Assembly (NCBI RefSeq): GCF_009834535.1
Contig: NC_045696.1
Coordinates: 65,226,001-65,290,000, forward strand
Source of the DNA: Camelus ferus
Lineage: Eukaryota
Direction: 5' to 3'
DNA: 64,000 nt
Within the stretch, counting starts at the first letter, position 1; each line of letters starts with the position of its first letter. Below the pieces are notes generated by a model that saw only the letters and a list, made by a program, of their open reading frames with translations, was not told the origin of the DNA and ran no database searches. Positions 39,571 through 51,900 of this stretch are shown here, piece after piece. A program made the translations under genes and the position numbers.

Positions 39571-40253
39571 GCATTGTTAGCTGTATCTTCTTAGAGGAGA
39601 CATCTGAAACTGCACTATTACAACAGGTTTCTGAGGAAGATATACAAAACAAATAGTCCAGGTAATTGCACATTTACATTATTAACTAGGACTTTGAATC
39701 TAATGTCCTATGTTTTAGGTTTCATCATATTCCTTCTCTTACTAAGCTAAATTTTTGCTATTAATTTTTTCTATACAACAATACAAAGGGACTGATACGA
39801 TGGAAATCATGATAGAATAATAAAGGGAATGATGATGATAGTGATGATAATGATCATGATGATGGTGACAATGACCTTAATTAACAGTTCCTGAATGCTT
39901 ACTATCCTGTGCTGAACTTTTCAAACTCTTATTAAATGAAGAAAGCGACATAGAGAAGACAAAGAAATACAAACTGTGGCTTGTAAATGGAATCGGGTAT
40001 AAAAACAGACACTTGGAACTTGGACTCAAGACCCTCAACTATATTTCTTGGTAAGCCTTGCATCTATAATTCCTTCTGTCAATGACCCAGTTTACAAGAT
40101 TTTTTTTTTTTTTGAGTTCTGTGTTCCAAGATTCAATGTACCACCTTCCATGTATTTCTATGTTCAGCATTTTTTTTTTTTTTGACAGTTGAAGTCTCTA
40201 CTGGGATTTTGAAAGAGAAGATGATGAATGTAAGGGAAGTAGGTGGGAAATGA

Positions 40254-40310
40254 GCTCATTAGAGAGCTCCTGTGCTCATTAGAGAGTTCCTATGCAATTA
40301 GAGAACTGCA
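40254..40310 (+). repeat. ~20-bp minisatellite, about 2.7 copies
   Basis: gctcattagagagctcctgt / gctcattagagagttcctat / gcaattagagaactgc. Confidence 0.8.
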
Positions 40311-41109
40311 GTTTATTTCTTGGGTTAGTTAAGCCTTCCCATCCCAGAATTATGGGAACAATAGAATCTAATGAATGTCTTTTTCTAACTTCTTTGATGC
40401 TGTTCATACAATTTTCTATCAGAAGACAGAGCATATGGTTACTAGTTTATGATAGCAGTTTCTAAACTTTTCCTCATAATTAATGTAATTAGGGTAAAAT
40501 CCCTCTGGATTTTGGCATATGTTTTCTTCCAGTATTTAGCTTATAGTTCTGTTGCTCTCTTTCTTTGTTTCTCTTAATATGTGTGTTTTGATAGGATCAA
40601 GGGCAGAGCTCTACCAAATTCCCTGGCCATATAACCTAGAAATCCCTATAAATCTAGTTTACTATTTAACTACAAAGTAATGCTGGATGTGTGGGGTCTT
40701 ACATCTTGGATTATTCGGACAAATATGATAATCTTGTGAATATATTAAAAATCAGTTAAGGCAAATAACTTTCTATTACAATGTCCAAAAAAATAATGAT
40801 TAAAAATTAATTTTTCCCCCTGGAATAACTTTAGTGATGTGGTATTAAGTGAGTCCATAAGATACCTCAATAGTATTTTAAATTAAAATAAAAAGTTAAC
40901 TAATTGATTTATGGTCATGGAAATGTTAATGATTGAACTTAGGTTGACCTGAAAACAGCACTCATTTGAAATATTTACAGATATGAAAAATGGACATCGT
41001 TGATCTTTCCCCTAAGGCATAAAAAAAGGTATAAATTAAAGAGTCAGATTTTCTTTTTTTAATAGAGAAGAATGATAGTAGGAATTTAAAGACTGAGTCA
41101 AAGCATCGT

Positions 41110-41948
41110 CTACTTCCAGCCAAGATGAAGTGTCAGGAAGCTGACTTACCTTCCTACCAGAAACAATCTGAAAAACAGACAAATATATAAAAAAACAGTT
41201 CTTAAGACACTGGACATCAGGTAACTGAGGACAGTAATTCCTGAGAGAACCTGCGACAACCCCCAGCTGGCACATGGAGGAAGTTTCTAGGATTTGGCTC
41301 AGGGAAGGGGAACCAGGGCAGAGTGTGCAGAATATCTGAGTAGAGGAAATGGAGCTGCGAGTATGGGGCATGAGAGTGCTCAGGGCAGAGTAATGGAGGA
41401 GAGCAGTTTGTATAGAGACAGAGCTTTGAGCTCTGTAGGGCGTTCCCTTTGAGTTAAGTAGACTAATGATCACTGCATGTAGGTGAGAAAACTGCTGGAG
41501 GCTGGTGAACTGATATAACCAAAAAAAACTAGAGACAACAAAACCCTAGGTCAAACAGACTAGTAACTGTTTTCACCAGCCAGATTAGAAAAACTCGTAA
41601 TGAAGTGGGGCACTGGGTAAAGTACTCAGAAAAGTACTGCCTCAGTAATGGGAATAATTAGCCTAGACTGAATATTGCTCAGGATCCAACTAGCAAATCA
41701 TAAAAGCAAGATTCTAAAGGATTAAAATGTTCCTGAATATCTTAACTGCACCTCAGAACAAAGCTCAAGAATATTTATAAGAATACAAAAATGCCTAGCA
41801 AAGTAAAGTTCACAATGACTGACATGCATTATAAGTTACCAGGCATACAAAGAAGCAGGAAAACATAATCCATAGTAAAGAGAAGATCAATCAATAAAAA
41901 CTGACTCAGATCTGTCACAGATATTAGAATTAGCAGTAAAGGAGATTA
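41110..41948 (+). mobile_element. L1MD/L1M4-like 5'UTR and ORF1 start
   Basis: 'acttccagccaagatg...aacagttcttaagacactggacatcagg...aagttaccaggcatacaaagaagcaggaaaaca'. Confidence 0.7.
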
Positions 41949-42895
41949 ACAGACTCTCTACCAAAGAATATATACAGATGGTAGGTAAGCACATGGAAAG
42001 GTGCTCAACATCATTAGTCATTAGGGAAATGTAAATGAAAACCATGGCGAGACTATACTGCACACCAGTTAGGGTGACTACAATTAAAATTACTGTCCCT
42101 ACGAGATGTTAGTGAGGACGTGTTAAAGTTGGTAGTCTCATATACTGCTGGTGGGAGTGTAAAATGGTACAATTACACTGGAAAACAGTTTGGCAGTTTC
42201 TTAAACCCTATCGTATGATCTGGCCATTCTACTTATTCTTTGTAAACAATAATGACCAATAAAGCTGTTATGACCATTTGTACGAAAGTCTTTGTATGGA
42301 CATGTGCCTTATTTCTCTCGGGTAAAACTATAAATTCCACAAGGGCAGGCGGCTTGTGTGTCTTGTTCACTGCCCCAACTTAGTGACTAGCCTTGTGTCT
42401 GGCCATAGTAGGAGTTCAATTAGTGATTGATTAAAAAAATATCTACTGTGGACTTTGTCTTCTTAGCAAGTAGATAGATGAACAAATTGTGGTATATTAA
42501 TACCATGGAATATTACTTCACATTAAAAATGAATGAGCTATTGATCCTTTCAACAACTGGGATAAATCTCAAAATAATTACGCTGAACAAAAAAGAAGTC
42601 AGACTGTACAGAGTACATACTATGTGATTCTACTTATGAAAACCTCTAGACAATGCCAACCAATCCATAATGACAGAAGGCAGATCAATAATTAGCTGGG
42701 GCCTCAAGTTGAGGAGAGGCGGGGGGAGAAGTTAGATGGGGGAATGAGGAAACCTTTGAGATGATAAATGGTTTACTATCCTCATGGTGGTGATGGTTTC
42801 ATAGGTATGACATACATCAAAGCATACCAAATGATACAATTTAAATATGTGCAGTTTAATATATGTTAATTATACTTCATTAAATCTGTTTTTAA
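41949..42895 (+). mobile_element. Old L1M ORF2 C-terminus and 3'UTR with an internal inversion and L2 insert
   Basis: 'gctcaacatcattagtcattagggaaatg...aaaatggtacaattacactggaaaacagtttggcagtttctt...gttaattatacttcattaaa'. Confidence 0.85.
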
Positions 42896-43439
42896 CCACC
42901 TCCTCTCCCCTAGAACAAAGCGATAGCTGTCAGATCTTATCTTATTTCTAGGACCAAGAATGTATTGGAGATACACTGCTTCCTCTTCCCATGCGTTCCT
43001 TTTTTTTTTTTTTTTTTTTGCTGCCTCATCTTCTTCTGCCTTTCCTTTAAATAATGGCCCCTCCTAGGGCTCTTCTCTTTTTGGACCTCTTAACCTCCTT
43101 GCTCTATATGCTCTCCCTGCATGATTTTGTTATATCCTTGTATCTTCAATCTACCACATATTTTTCTAATTCACATAAAGTCCCACAGACCCTGATCTAA
43201 ATATCTAACTCTGTATTGGACACGCTCACCCAAATGCCCACAATTAAACTCAACATGTCAAAAGATAAATGTCAAAAAACATTAAACACCACACAACAAA
43301 ACAATTTCTTCTCAGGTGGGTTCTTGGGTGATACCATATGAATTATACACCATCACCAATGATGTGTTCTCCCCCACATTTTTTACTTGAATATGCTTAG
43401 AACTTTTGAACTATTGTTTCATTGGAAATCTAGGTGATA

Positions 43440-43790
43440 GAGGAACAAGTTAAGTGGCTAAGCAATCAAATATTCTGCAGACAACTGGCTCACTTTCTTC
43501 AACAAGTCTGTATTACAAAAAAAAAAGTGAGAAGCTTGGGCAATGGTTTTATATTTCAATGTACTAATAAGACAGAAAAACAAGATGCAATATGTGATTA
43601 CTGGATCTTGGTTTGAACAAACCAACCATAAAAAAATCTTTGAGAATAACTAGGTAATTTTCATTCTGGCTATTAGAGTGTATTTGGAAATTTTGTTAAT
43701 CTTTCTGATGTGAATATGGCATTGAAATTACAAAATAAATATTTATTTATTTTTGTTTTCAAAAGAGATATATTTAAAGGATATATTTTA
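43440..43790 (+). mobile_element. L1MC/ME-type 3'UTR fragment
   Basis: 'atgcaatatgtgattactggatcttggtttgaacaaaccaac...ttttgttaatctttctgatgtgaatatggcattg'. Confidence 0.6.
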
Positions 43791-45007
43791 AGGATTTCTC
43801 CTATTTTTTTTTTTTTTTTTTTGCCTAGCTCTGCCCAGGTGTGCCATTTACTATTCTGGGAACTGTTTTCCACAGAAGAGACTTCAGTCAATTGCTCTTT
43901 GCCATGATTATGAGAGAATGAAACAGATTGAAAGAAAAAAATTCTTGCACCCTCTGTCTTAGCAACCAAATATTAAATTTGCAATTCTGACAATCTGATT
44001 CCAATGTTTCTTCTTAATTAACTGAAGCAAAATCTTCATCCAGGAAAAGATGTATCTTTGGATTTTGAAGTGGAATCATCTGGGAAGCCATTACACGCTA
44101 TTACAGAGATTTATCTCTGTGATGAGGAATTCAGTTTAAATTATGATGGTCATTAGAAACAGGTGAAATATTTTTTTTAACTGGTTAAATATTAAAAGTC
44201 ACTCTTTTTTCTTCTTCCTTCCTCCCTTCCTTCCTCGCTTCGCATCCTCCCTCTTCTTTCTCTTTTCCTCTTCTTCCTCATTCCCTGGCAGCCTTGATAT
44301 CTGAAGGTGCTAGTGTTTTTTTAATCACTCATATTTTAGAGAATTGATATTTAGAAATCCGTGCATCTACCAACTCCTAGAGCCAAGGTTGGATTCTAAA
44401 TATTTGGATTCTGAATTCGTTATACTTCCAAAATTCTTATAAATATTTGTTATATTTTTCAATTTCATATTGAAAGATATTAAAATAATTCTAAATGTTT
44501 CCATGTCTTAGCAGAAATACATATTTTTGCATGTTTCTTAAGTGATTTCAATTCATATTAAATATCATATTGCTTTTTAAGACCTTCTGCCATGGTTAGT
44601 AATAATCTGAAAATAAAGTGGTGTTATTTCTGTAATTATAAAAGACAAGTTACACTTTATCAGAAGAAAAAGACTGTAAGACATATTTGTCTCGAATAAA
44701 AAAATTGTGTCAATTTGTGTAACTAAATAAACTACTACTTCTATTGTTTCCAAAATGAGATAGACTCCATTGGAAGGCTTAAGATGTTATTATAAGGAAA
44801 TAACTCTCTTCATCTTCATGTTCCCCCAATACTTAAGGCTGTGTTAGAACGTTTAAATGAATGAATGCAAGGTCACATGTTTACAGAGCACAGATAATAT
44901 GTATAGTGAAATGATAGTGGAAGGTCTCAATGTCTCGACTGATTAAAAGGCAGAAAAGTAAATATTTAATATGATATTTTTAATTAATTAAAAACAAATC
45001 AGAGAAA

Positions 45008-46080
45008 CTTCTGGTTTCAGCTCTAGCATGTAAGGAGCTTAGAAGTAGTCACTTTAATTTTCACAAAAAGAAAGCTGAACAAATTGAAAATCAACAACTT
45101 TTCTTAGATCCAGCTGAGGACTGAAGTCCCTGAGAAAATCACTAGGGGGTTGTAAATAAAAATAAGAATAAAATACCACTAAACACCAATTAGAATGACA
45201 GAAATAAAAAAAATAATAAAAATCTAATAATACCAAATGCTGACGAGGATGTGGAGCAACAAATATTATTCATTACTGGTAGGAATGCAAAACAGTACAG
45301 TTACTTTGGAAGAAAGTTTGGCAGCTTATCACAAAGGTACACATAGTGTAACCATATGATCCAGCAATAGCACCCACAGGTGTTTATCCAACTGAGTTGA
45401 AAACTTTTGTGTACACAAAAATCTGCACACACATGTTTACAGCTACTTTATTTATAATCACCCATATTTGGAAGCAACAACCAAAATGTCCTTCAAAGTT
45501 TAGAGGATAAATAATCAATGGCACGCCCAATGGGATATTATTCAGTGATAAAAGTAAATGAGCTATCAAGCCACTAAAAGATCTGAAAGAACCTTAAATG
45601 AATGTCACTTTGTGCAATAAACCAGTCAACAGGCTACATACTGTATAATTCCAACTATGTGGTATTCTAAAATATAGCAAAATGATACAGACAATAAAAA
45701 GATCAGCGTTTGCCAAAGATCTGAAGAGGTGAGGGAAGAACAGATGAAGCACAGGAGATGTTTAGGGTGGTGAAACCATTATGTATGATACTGCAATGGT
45801 AGATCTATGATGATATGTATTTGTCAAAACCCAATAACTGTACAACGCAAAGAGTGAACATTAATGTGACTGATTTGATTAATACTGTCTTTGTTCGTTG
45901 GTTGTATTGGTTCATCACTTATAACAATACTAAAGGAGGATGTTAATAATAGAGGAAACTGTATATCTGTGTGGTGAGGGGGAATGATGTGGGAACGTTG
46001 TACTATCGGCTCAATCTAAAACCATTAAAAATCTATTAATTAGAAGTCTAATTAATAAATTAATAAATCTATTAATTAAA
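45008..46080 (+). mobile_element. L1MC-like element: ~135 bp of 5' end fused to ORF2 C-terminus and 3'UTR
   Basis: 5' 'cttctggtttcagctctagcatgtaaggagcttagaagt...gaaaatcaacaactttt'; 3' 'ccaaatgctgacgaggatgtggagcaac...tatttgtcaaaaccc...atgttaataatagaggaaactg'. Confidence 0.75.
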
Positions 46081-46099
46081 TAATATACCAACTAAGAAA

Positions 46100-47610
46100 A
46101 ATGAGTCAGAAATTTTCTTCTAATAGAATCACTATGAAGATCATTCTACTTCTATATAAGAAAAATAGTTATAAAATACATTTAAAATTAAAATATACTA
46201 TTTAAAATAGCAGAAAAATATAAATTACCTGAGATGATTCTAAAAAGAGATGTATAAGATTTCATGCAGAAAATTATGAAATTTTGTTGAAATATATTTA
46301 CTAAGATATAAATAAATTGATAGATCTTGTTCATGTATTGAAGTATTCAACATAAAGATACCTACTCCAGAATAATCTATATATTCAGTGCAATCTAACA
46401 AAAGTTTTTAAATTTATAGGGAATGTAAATAACTAAAAAAGCCATAAGTAACAAATTTCCCCACATTTTTTCACTACTTGCTCTAAAGCCATGTAATTTA
46501 GAGTGTGTTATTAGCCTAGGTACAGAGCCTTAGAACAAAGGATCAGAATTACATAAATGTGGGCACTTGATATAATAAAGGTGGTTTTACAGGTCACTGG
46601 GGAAAGGTTGAATCTGACAATTTATGTGAGAATGTAGCAGAGAAGAACAAACCTGACTCCATATTGGATCCTTGAGCTCTAACCTTTGTGCTCTGTTGCC
46701 TGTGCTTAGTCATGCTGGCTCTGCACCTTTGTAAAAGAATCTTGCCTACAGTCTGAAATATACATGATAGCCTATTCTCAAGGCTCCCCCTCCCAGGCTT
46801 GACCTTTAAAGGTATAACACATTTCCATTCATAGACAAAAAGTTGCAGAACAGAGAAAAACATTTGTCTTGTTGGAGGTTTACAGGAGCATTATGACCAG
46901 ACTTACATGGACAGTTGGAAGAAAAAAGGATTCCTGCACCAAGAAGTTTGCAAAATCCAGCCACCCCTCTTCCCTTTTTAGTATAAAAGAAGGCTGAATT
47001 CTAACTCAGGTAAGATGGTTCTTTGAGAGACCAGTCCATCATCTTCTTGGTCTGCTGACTTTCCAAATAAAGTCGCTAATCCTTGCCCCAACAACTCACC
47101 TCTCAATTTATTGACCTGTCATGCAGTAAGCAGTACAAGCTTAGACTTGGTAACGAGAACATTTGTTATTCACGTTAAAAAATAAAATTGAACCCCTATC
47201 ACTCGCTTTATATAAAAATCAATGTTATTTACATTGAATACATAAATGTAAAATATTAAACTACAAATATTTAGAAAACTATATGGAGATTATTTTATTG
47301 CATTGGTGCAGAAAGCATTTTCCACACCATTTTCTACAAAGCACACACACTCATAACACAAAAAAATTATAAAGGAAAATACTGGTAACTTAAATTTGGT
47401 AATTAAAATTATGAACTTTTGAAATCCAAAAATGCCTCAAAATATGGAATATTGTCTGAGTCACAAACTGGGAGAACATATTTTCAACATAAAAACCTAG
47501 AAAAGAATTAAAGTTTTGAATATATGAAGTAAACTTATCAATCAATAAGAATAAAAAATAAAACTGAAAAAGTGGACAGGGAATAGAAGAACTCATATCC
47601 AATTAATGAA
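46100..47610 (+). mobile_element. Decayed L1ME ORF2 region interrupted by an LTR
   Basis: 'gatgtataagatttcatgcagaaaattatgaaattttgttgaaa', 'aaaattgaacccctatc', 'aattaaaattatgaacttttg'. Confidence 0.65.
46633..47155 (+). mobile_element. MER41-like (cetartiodactyl) ERV1 solo LTR, 523 bp
   Basis: TGTAGC...GGTAACG termini, perfect TSD AGAA (46629-46632, 47156-47159), 'actccatattg' near the 5' end, TATAAAA at ~46982 and AATAAA at ~47066. Confidence 0.85.
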
Positions 47611-48686
47611 ATAATATGTAGAATTTTTTTTTTAGCTCTTCTCAGAAGGGGCCTTTTTTCTGTTATGTTATTGTTGTTTTGCATCTTTTAGATCATGAAT
47701 GCTTACTTTAACTATTCTGCATTCTAGTATAATTATTCTAGTCTATTATTTAACTACTTTTATTTTGTAATGATTTTCTGATTTATCTTTAGTTTAAAAA
47801 TTCATTAATGCCATGCTTGTTCATTTATGATTATTTCTCATTACCAGCTTTCTCACCAATTTCTCTCACTACCACCTTTCCTAAATGTAACAGTGTTCAA
47901 TATTCCCAACTTTCAGATAAGAAGTCTTTTCTTCTTATAAGGCCTGTGATCAGTTTTTAAAATGTGACTGTTTGTATTTGTCTTGTGCTGTCATTAGTAA
48001 CAGCAAAGTTAGTTGAACACACTGCTTTCCCTCTTCTCTGCCACAACTAAATCGAATATCCTGAGAGACTGCTTGTCTGAGCAGTTTAGCTTGTAGCTCC
48101 TTGCCTCTGCCAATCAGCAATGCAGAATGTGCCCTTGGGATTTTCACAGCCGGGTGTGCCTCTGAGACTCCCCTGTTTCAATAAAGACATCATTAGCTGG
48201 GGCTACAGAACTATAGCATACACTTCTGAAAGGACTCCATGCAGTCTGCAGAGTATGCCTTCTTTCTCTTCCATTTAATGAGTCCCACATTCACTATATT
48301 TGGAAATTATCCATCACAAGTTTGTAGTTATAAGGAGTAAATATTTGGTAATAGCATTAAATCTGCTTTTACTCTGTATTGTATTTTTTGTCTACTCAGT
48401 TGTTTCAGAGAAGAAAGGATGAAAATGTTTTTTAGAAGTTTTTTTGTTTCAGGTATTTGTGAAGATATTTTTATAAACTTGGAGCTGAGAAAACCTTAAA
48501 CAAGGTCTGAAACTCAGAAACTGTAAGGCTAAATTTTGACAGGTTTCTCTGGGGAAAAAGGAAAAACAAAATTCATAGAATAAAACATAGAATAATCAAA
48601 TTTGAAGGACAAAAGGAAACCAGGATGAAAATATAACAATAACTGTAATAGACAAGGCTTAATACTAAAATTAACGGGGACAAAAC

Positions 48687-49060
48687 AGAGCCAATGCAGG
48701 ACAGAAGCAGTAGTTTGAAAGGAGCCTGTGGCAGACCTACTTGCTGACATTTGAGAGTCTCCCAGAGAGGCAAGAGGCGACTGGAGTTCACTCTAGGGAT
48801 ATAGGCAATGGTGGCATCATTTTGAGGAGCTCCTGCCACCACAAGGACACTGATGCTGGCAAGCACCACTTTGGAATCCTCCCCGTGGGTTTTTAGAGCT
48901 GGGACCTGGCCCTGCCAACCAGTCTGTCAGCACCAGTACTGGGATACCTCAGGCCGAGCAATTAGTCCATGAGGATACAGCCCCATTCACCAGCAGGCTG
49001 GCTACCTGCTACCTGAAAACCTCCTGAGCCCACAGCCACCAGTCAACTATATTTTAATAA
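48687..49060 (+). mobile_element. L1 5'UTR fragment fused to the L1 3' terminus
   Basis: GC-richer 5'UTR-like text 'ggacactgatgctggcaagcaccactttggaatcctccc...ctgagcccacagccacc', then 'agtcaactatattttaataa'; 14-bp flanking direct repeat with 12/14 identity. Confidence 0.65.
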
Positions 49061-49341
49061 AATGGGGAAAAAACCACATCATACTATATACTTCAAAAGT
49101 GTGCAATTTATCATATGTTAACTATACCTAAATAAAGCTTTTTTTAAGAAATAAAGATCCCTCAAAATGTGTTAATAAATGCCAAGAAAATGTTCAACCT
49201 CACAATTAAGTGGGAAAAATAAAATTATTTACCGTTTTCATCTTTTGTATTTTCATATATTTAAAGATTGCTATCTCAAATGTATGGAAATAGGCACTTT
49301 TGTGAGACTGTAAATAACATGCATATACTATTTTTGGAGGG

Positions 49342-49702
49342 GATCTTAGTTTGGACTGCGATAACAAATGATCAAAGATTGTGTGACAAACAGCAGACAT
49401 TTGTTTCTCACAGTTCTGGAGGCTTGGAAGTCTAAGATCAAGGTGCGAGCATAACCTATGTCTGATGAGAACTCCTTTTCTGGTTTGCAGATTGCCCTCA
49501 TCTCCTTGTACCCTCACAAGACAGAGAGCAGATGGAGAGAGAAAGCTCTCATGTCTGTTCCTGTAAGTAAACTAATTCACCCATGTGCCCCACCCTAGTG
49601 ACCTAATTACCTCCCAAAGGCCCTACCTTCTAATACCATCATCCTGGGGACTAAGATGTCAAAATATTAATTTGGGGAACCATAAATATTCAGCCCATAA
49701 GA
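49342..49702 (-). mobile_element. MLT1A-like MaLR solo LTR
   Basis: 'tttctcacagttctggaggcttggaagtctaagatcaaggtg...gacctaattacctcccaaaggccc'; 5-bp TSD GAGGG (49337-49341, 49703-49707). Confidence 0.9.
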
Positions 49703-50925
49703 GAGGGCATTTTGGCATTATCTGTTAAATCCAATAACTTTAACTCAACAGACTTTGATCCCCAAATTCTATAGAGATTCCTACTATAATAATACTGATA
49801 CAAGTGTAAAGATGGATGGATATATACAAACTTATAAACTAACAGTGCAGCAATTAAGTAACAGTGACAATTTAGAAATATCCTAAAGTATCTACAGGTA
49901 AGAAATGATTAAATAAATTATTATATCATATGATATAAAATAACACAAAATTCCTTGGAAGGATGAGGTAGTTTTTTGTTATTGTTGTTGTTCTTGGTTA
50001 ATACAGATGGACCTCTATGAAATTTTAACAACTGACAAAACATTTATATGTTCTTAATCACTTTTAACAAACTAACCAAAAGGGGAGGAAAACCTTCTTA
50101 CATGTAGACCATATATATATGTACTTAGAAAAGTTCTGGTATTAAACATTAAATTGATAGTAGTAATTACTTTCAAGGAGTGTGTGTATGTGAGCTAGAA
50201 GCTCAATTTTCATTTCATATGTTTTTGTGTTTGAATTTTTGATTGTGTATTTTTTGTATTTGTGATTAAAATAATAATGAAAAATATGTATAAAAATTTA
50301 AAATATCCCTCAACCAAACAGACATACATGAAGCACACGCCTCTTCCTTACACACTCTGGCGGCCCTACTGTGTGAGCCTCCGCCTATTGTTCTTAGCTC
50401 TAAAACACTATTCTACATGTCCAGAATTTGTTGCAGTCCTCTAAATGGCTTTATTTTCTTTTCACATTAACCTGTTAAAGTTTTTATTGGTGCTTCAATG
50501 CTGGGGCCTGACCCTAGCTTCTACTCATGTCTGGAACATAGTCCTACTGCCTTGTAAACTGCTATTATCTTATACAGCTTAGATGTAACTCAGTGTAAAG
50601 TTTTTTCTGATCCAGATCAGAACTGTAGAAATTTCGTTTCTCTGATTCCAAAACCAAACTGGACAGAAGCCTATTATGGTAATTGACACTTATTTTCTTT
50701 ATTCTTTGGTTTTGCTTCCACTAACAAGCTGTATGCAATTGAAGGAGGTTGAAAAAAGAAAGAATGAAAAAGATAACTTACATTTAATGGGCAAATCATA
50801 GGTACCAGAAGTTTTAAATTGAATATTTCAACAGATCCTGACAATATGAGATGGTCATTTTTGTCAAATCCCATAACAGGACTCAAAGTGAGGCGCCCAA
50901 TACAAACAGATAGCCTATAGCAGAA

Positions 50926-51088
50926 TTTTGTTTTGTTTTATTGAAGTATGCTCAGTTGCAATGTGTCAATTTCTGGTGTACAGCATAATGTTCCAGTCAT
51001 GCATAGACATACATATATTCATTTTCATATTCTTTTTCATTAAAGGTTATTACAAGGTATTGAATATAGTCTCCTGTGTTACACGGAA
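50926..51088 (-). mobile_element. Camelid-type L1 3' end, apparently inserted in a MIR
   Basis: 'ttgaagtatgctcagttgcaatgtgtcaatttctggtgtacagcataatgttccagtcatgcat', same family as 4582-4670. Confidence 0.85.
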
Positions 51089-51244
51089 GGATTTGAGACC
51101 ATGATTGTCTGATTTCAGAGCCTCTGAATTTCCTGTCATATAGGCTACACGCCCTTATTCCGTCTTGTAAATCTTTATAGTACCGTGGCCTACTACCACA
51201 GTAACTGACTCAAGAGGCTCTAACACATCTTTAACAGATGAAGA

Positions 51245-51900
51245 AATAAATGAACACTGTGCTTCATGGTATTGTCTTTTATACAAAGACAAGACAGATT
51301 TTTGTCCTTCAGAGTTTTGGAGTCTACAGCACAGACAACCATAACATGAGACCTTCCACATAGCAAGTGAGAAGTAAAAATAAAGCTTATACAAAGCAAG
51401 ATGAAAAATACATGCAACATAGTTCGGGAGGAATGGAGAAGCACCTAAAAAGGTGTCATAAACGTGGTACTTGAATAATCACTTGATGATTAGGTAGGAT
51501 TTCACCACATAAAAATGGAGCAATTGAGAGATAAGATAGATAAACAGCAAGTAAGCAATTCTAATTTAATTAAGGAAAGACCCAGAAACACTAAAGTAAA
51601 GGAGATGTTTACAAAATTGTGAATAGTCTAGTCTGTTTGCAATAAAGTGGTAACTTTAAAATCAGGTCAGGGAAATAGACCCTTGCTCTATTGGCAAATG
51701 GGAGAGTTTAGAGTCATTTGTACCTGGGGGAATAGGAGCAAAGGCTATTATTTTAAGACGATTATCCCAGCAGGAGTACTTTGTGTGGTCTGAAGGGGAG
51801 GAGAATACCGAGACTGGGAATCTACTGAAGAGGTAGTCTCAGTCATTGGTGTGAGAAGCAATTGTAGCTTAAACCACAATATGGGTAGTAAAAGTAGTGG
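51245..51900 (-). mobile_element. L2 LINE fragment
   Basis: 'acaagacagatttttgtccttcagagtttt', 'gtaggatttcacc', 'ttttaagacgattatccc'. Confidence 0.55.

Noticed and set aside
40254..40310. Short direct repeats as a CRISPR-like array
   Set aside because: Contiguous ~20-bp units with no unique spacers, in mammalian DNA; a minisatellite.
41036..41473. Longest ORF in the track (145 aa)
   Set aside because: Antisense to an L1 5'UTR; no recognisable domain.
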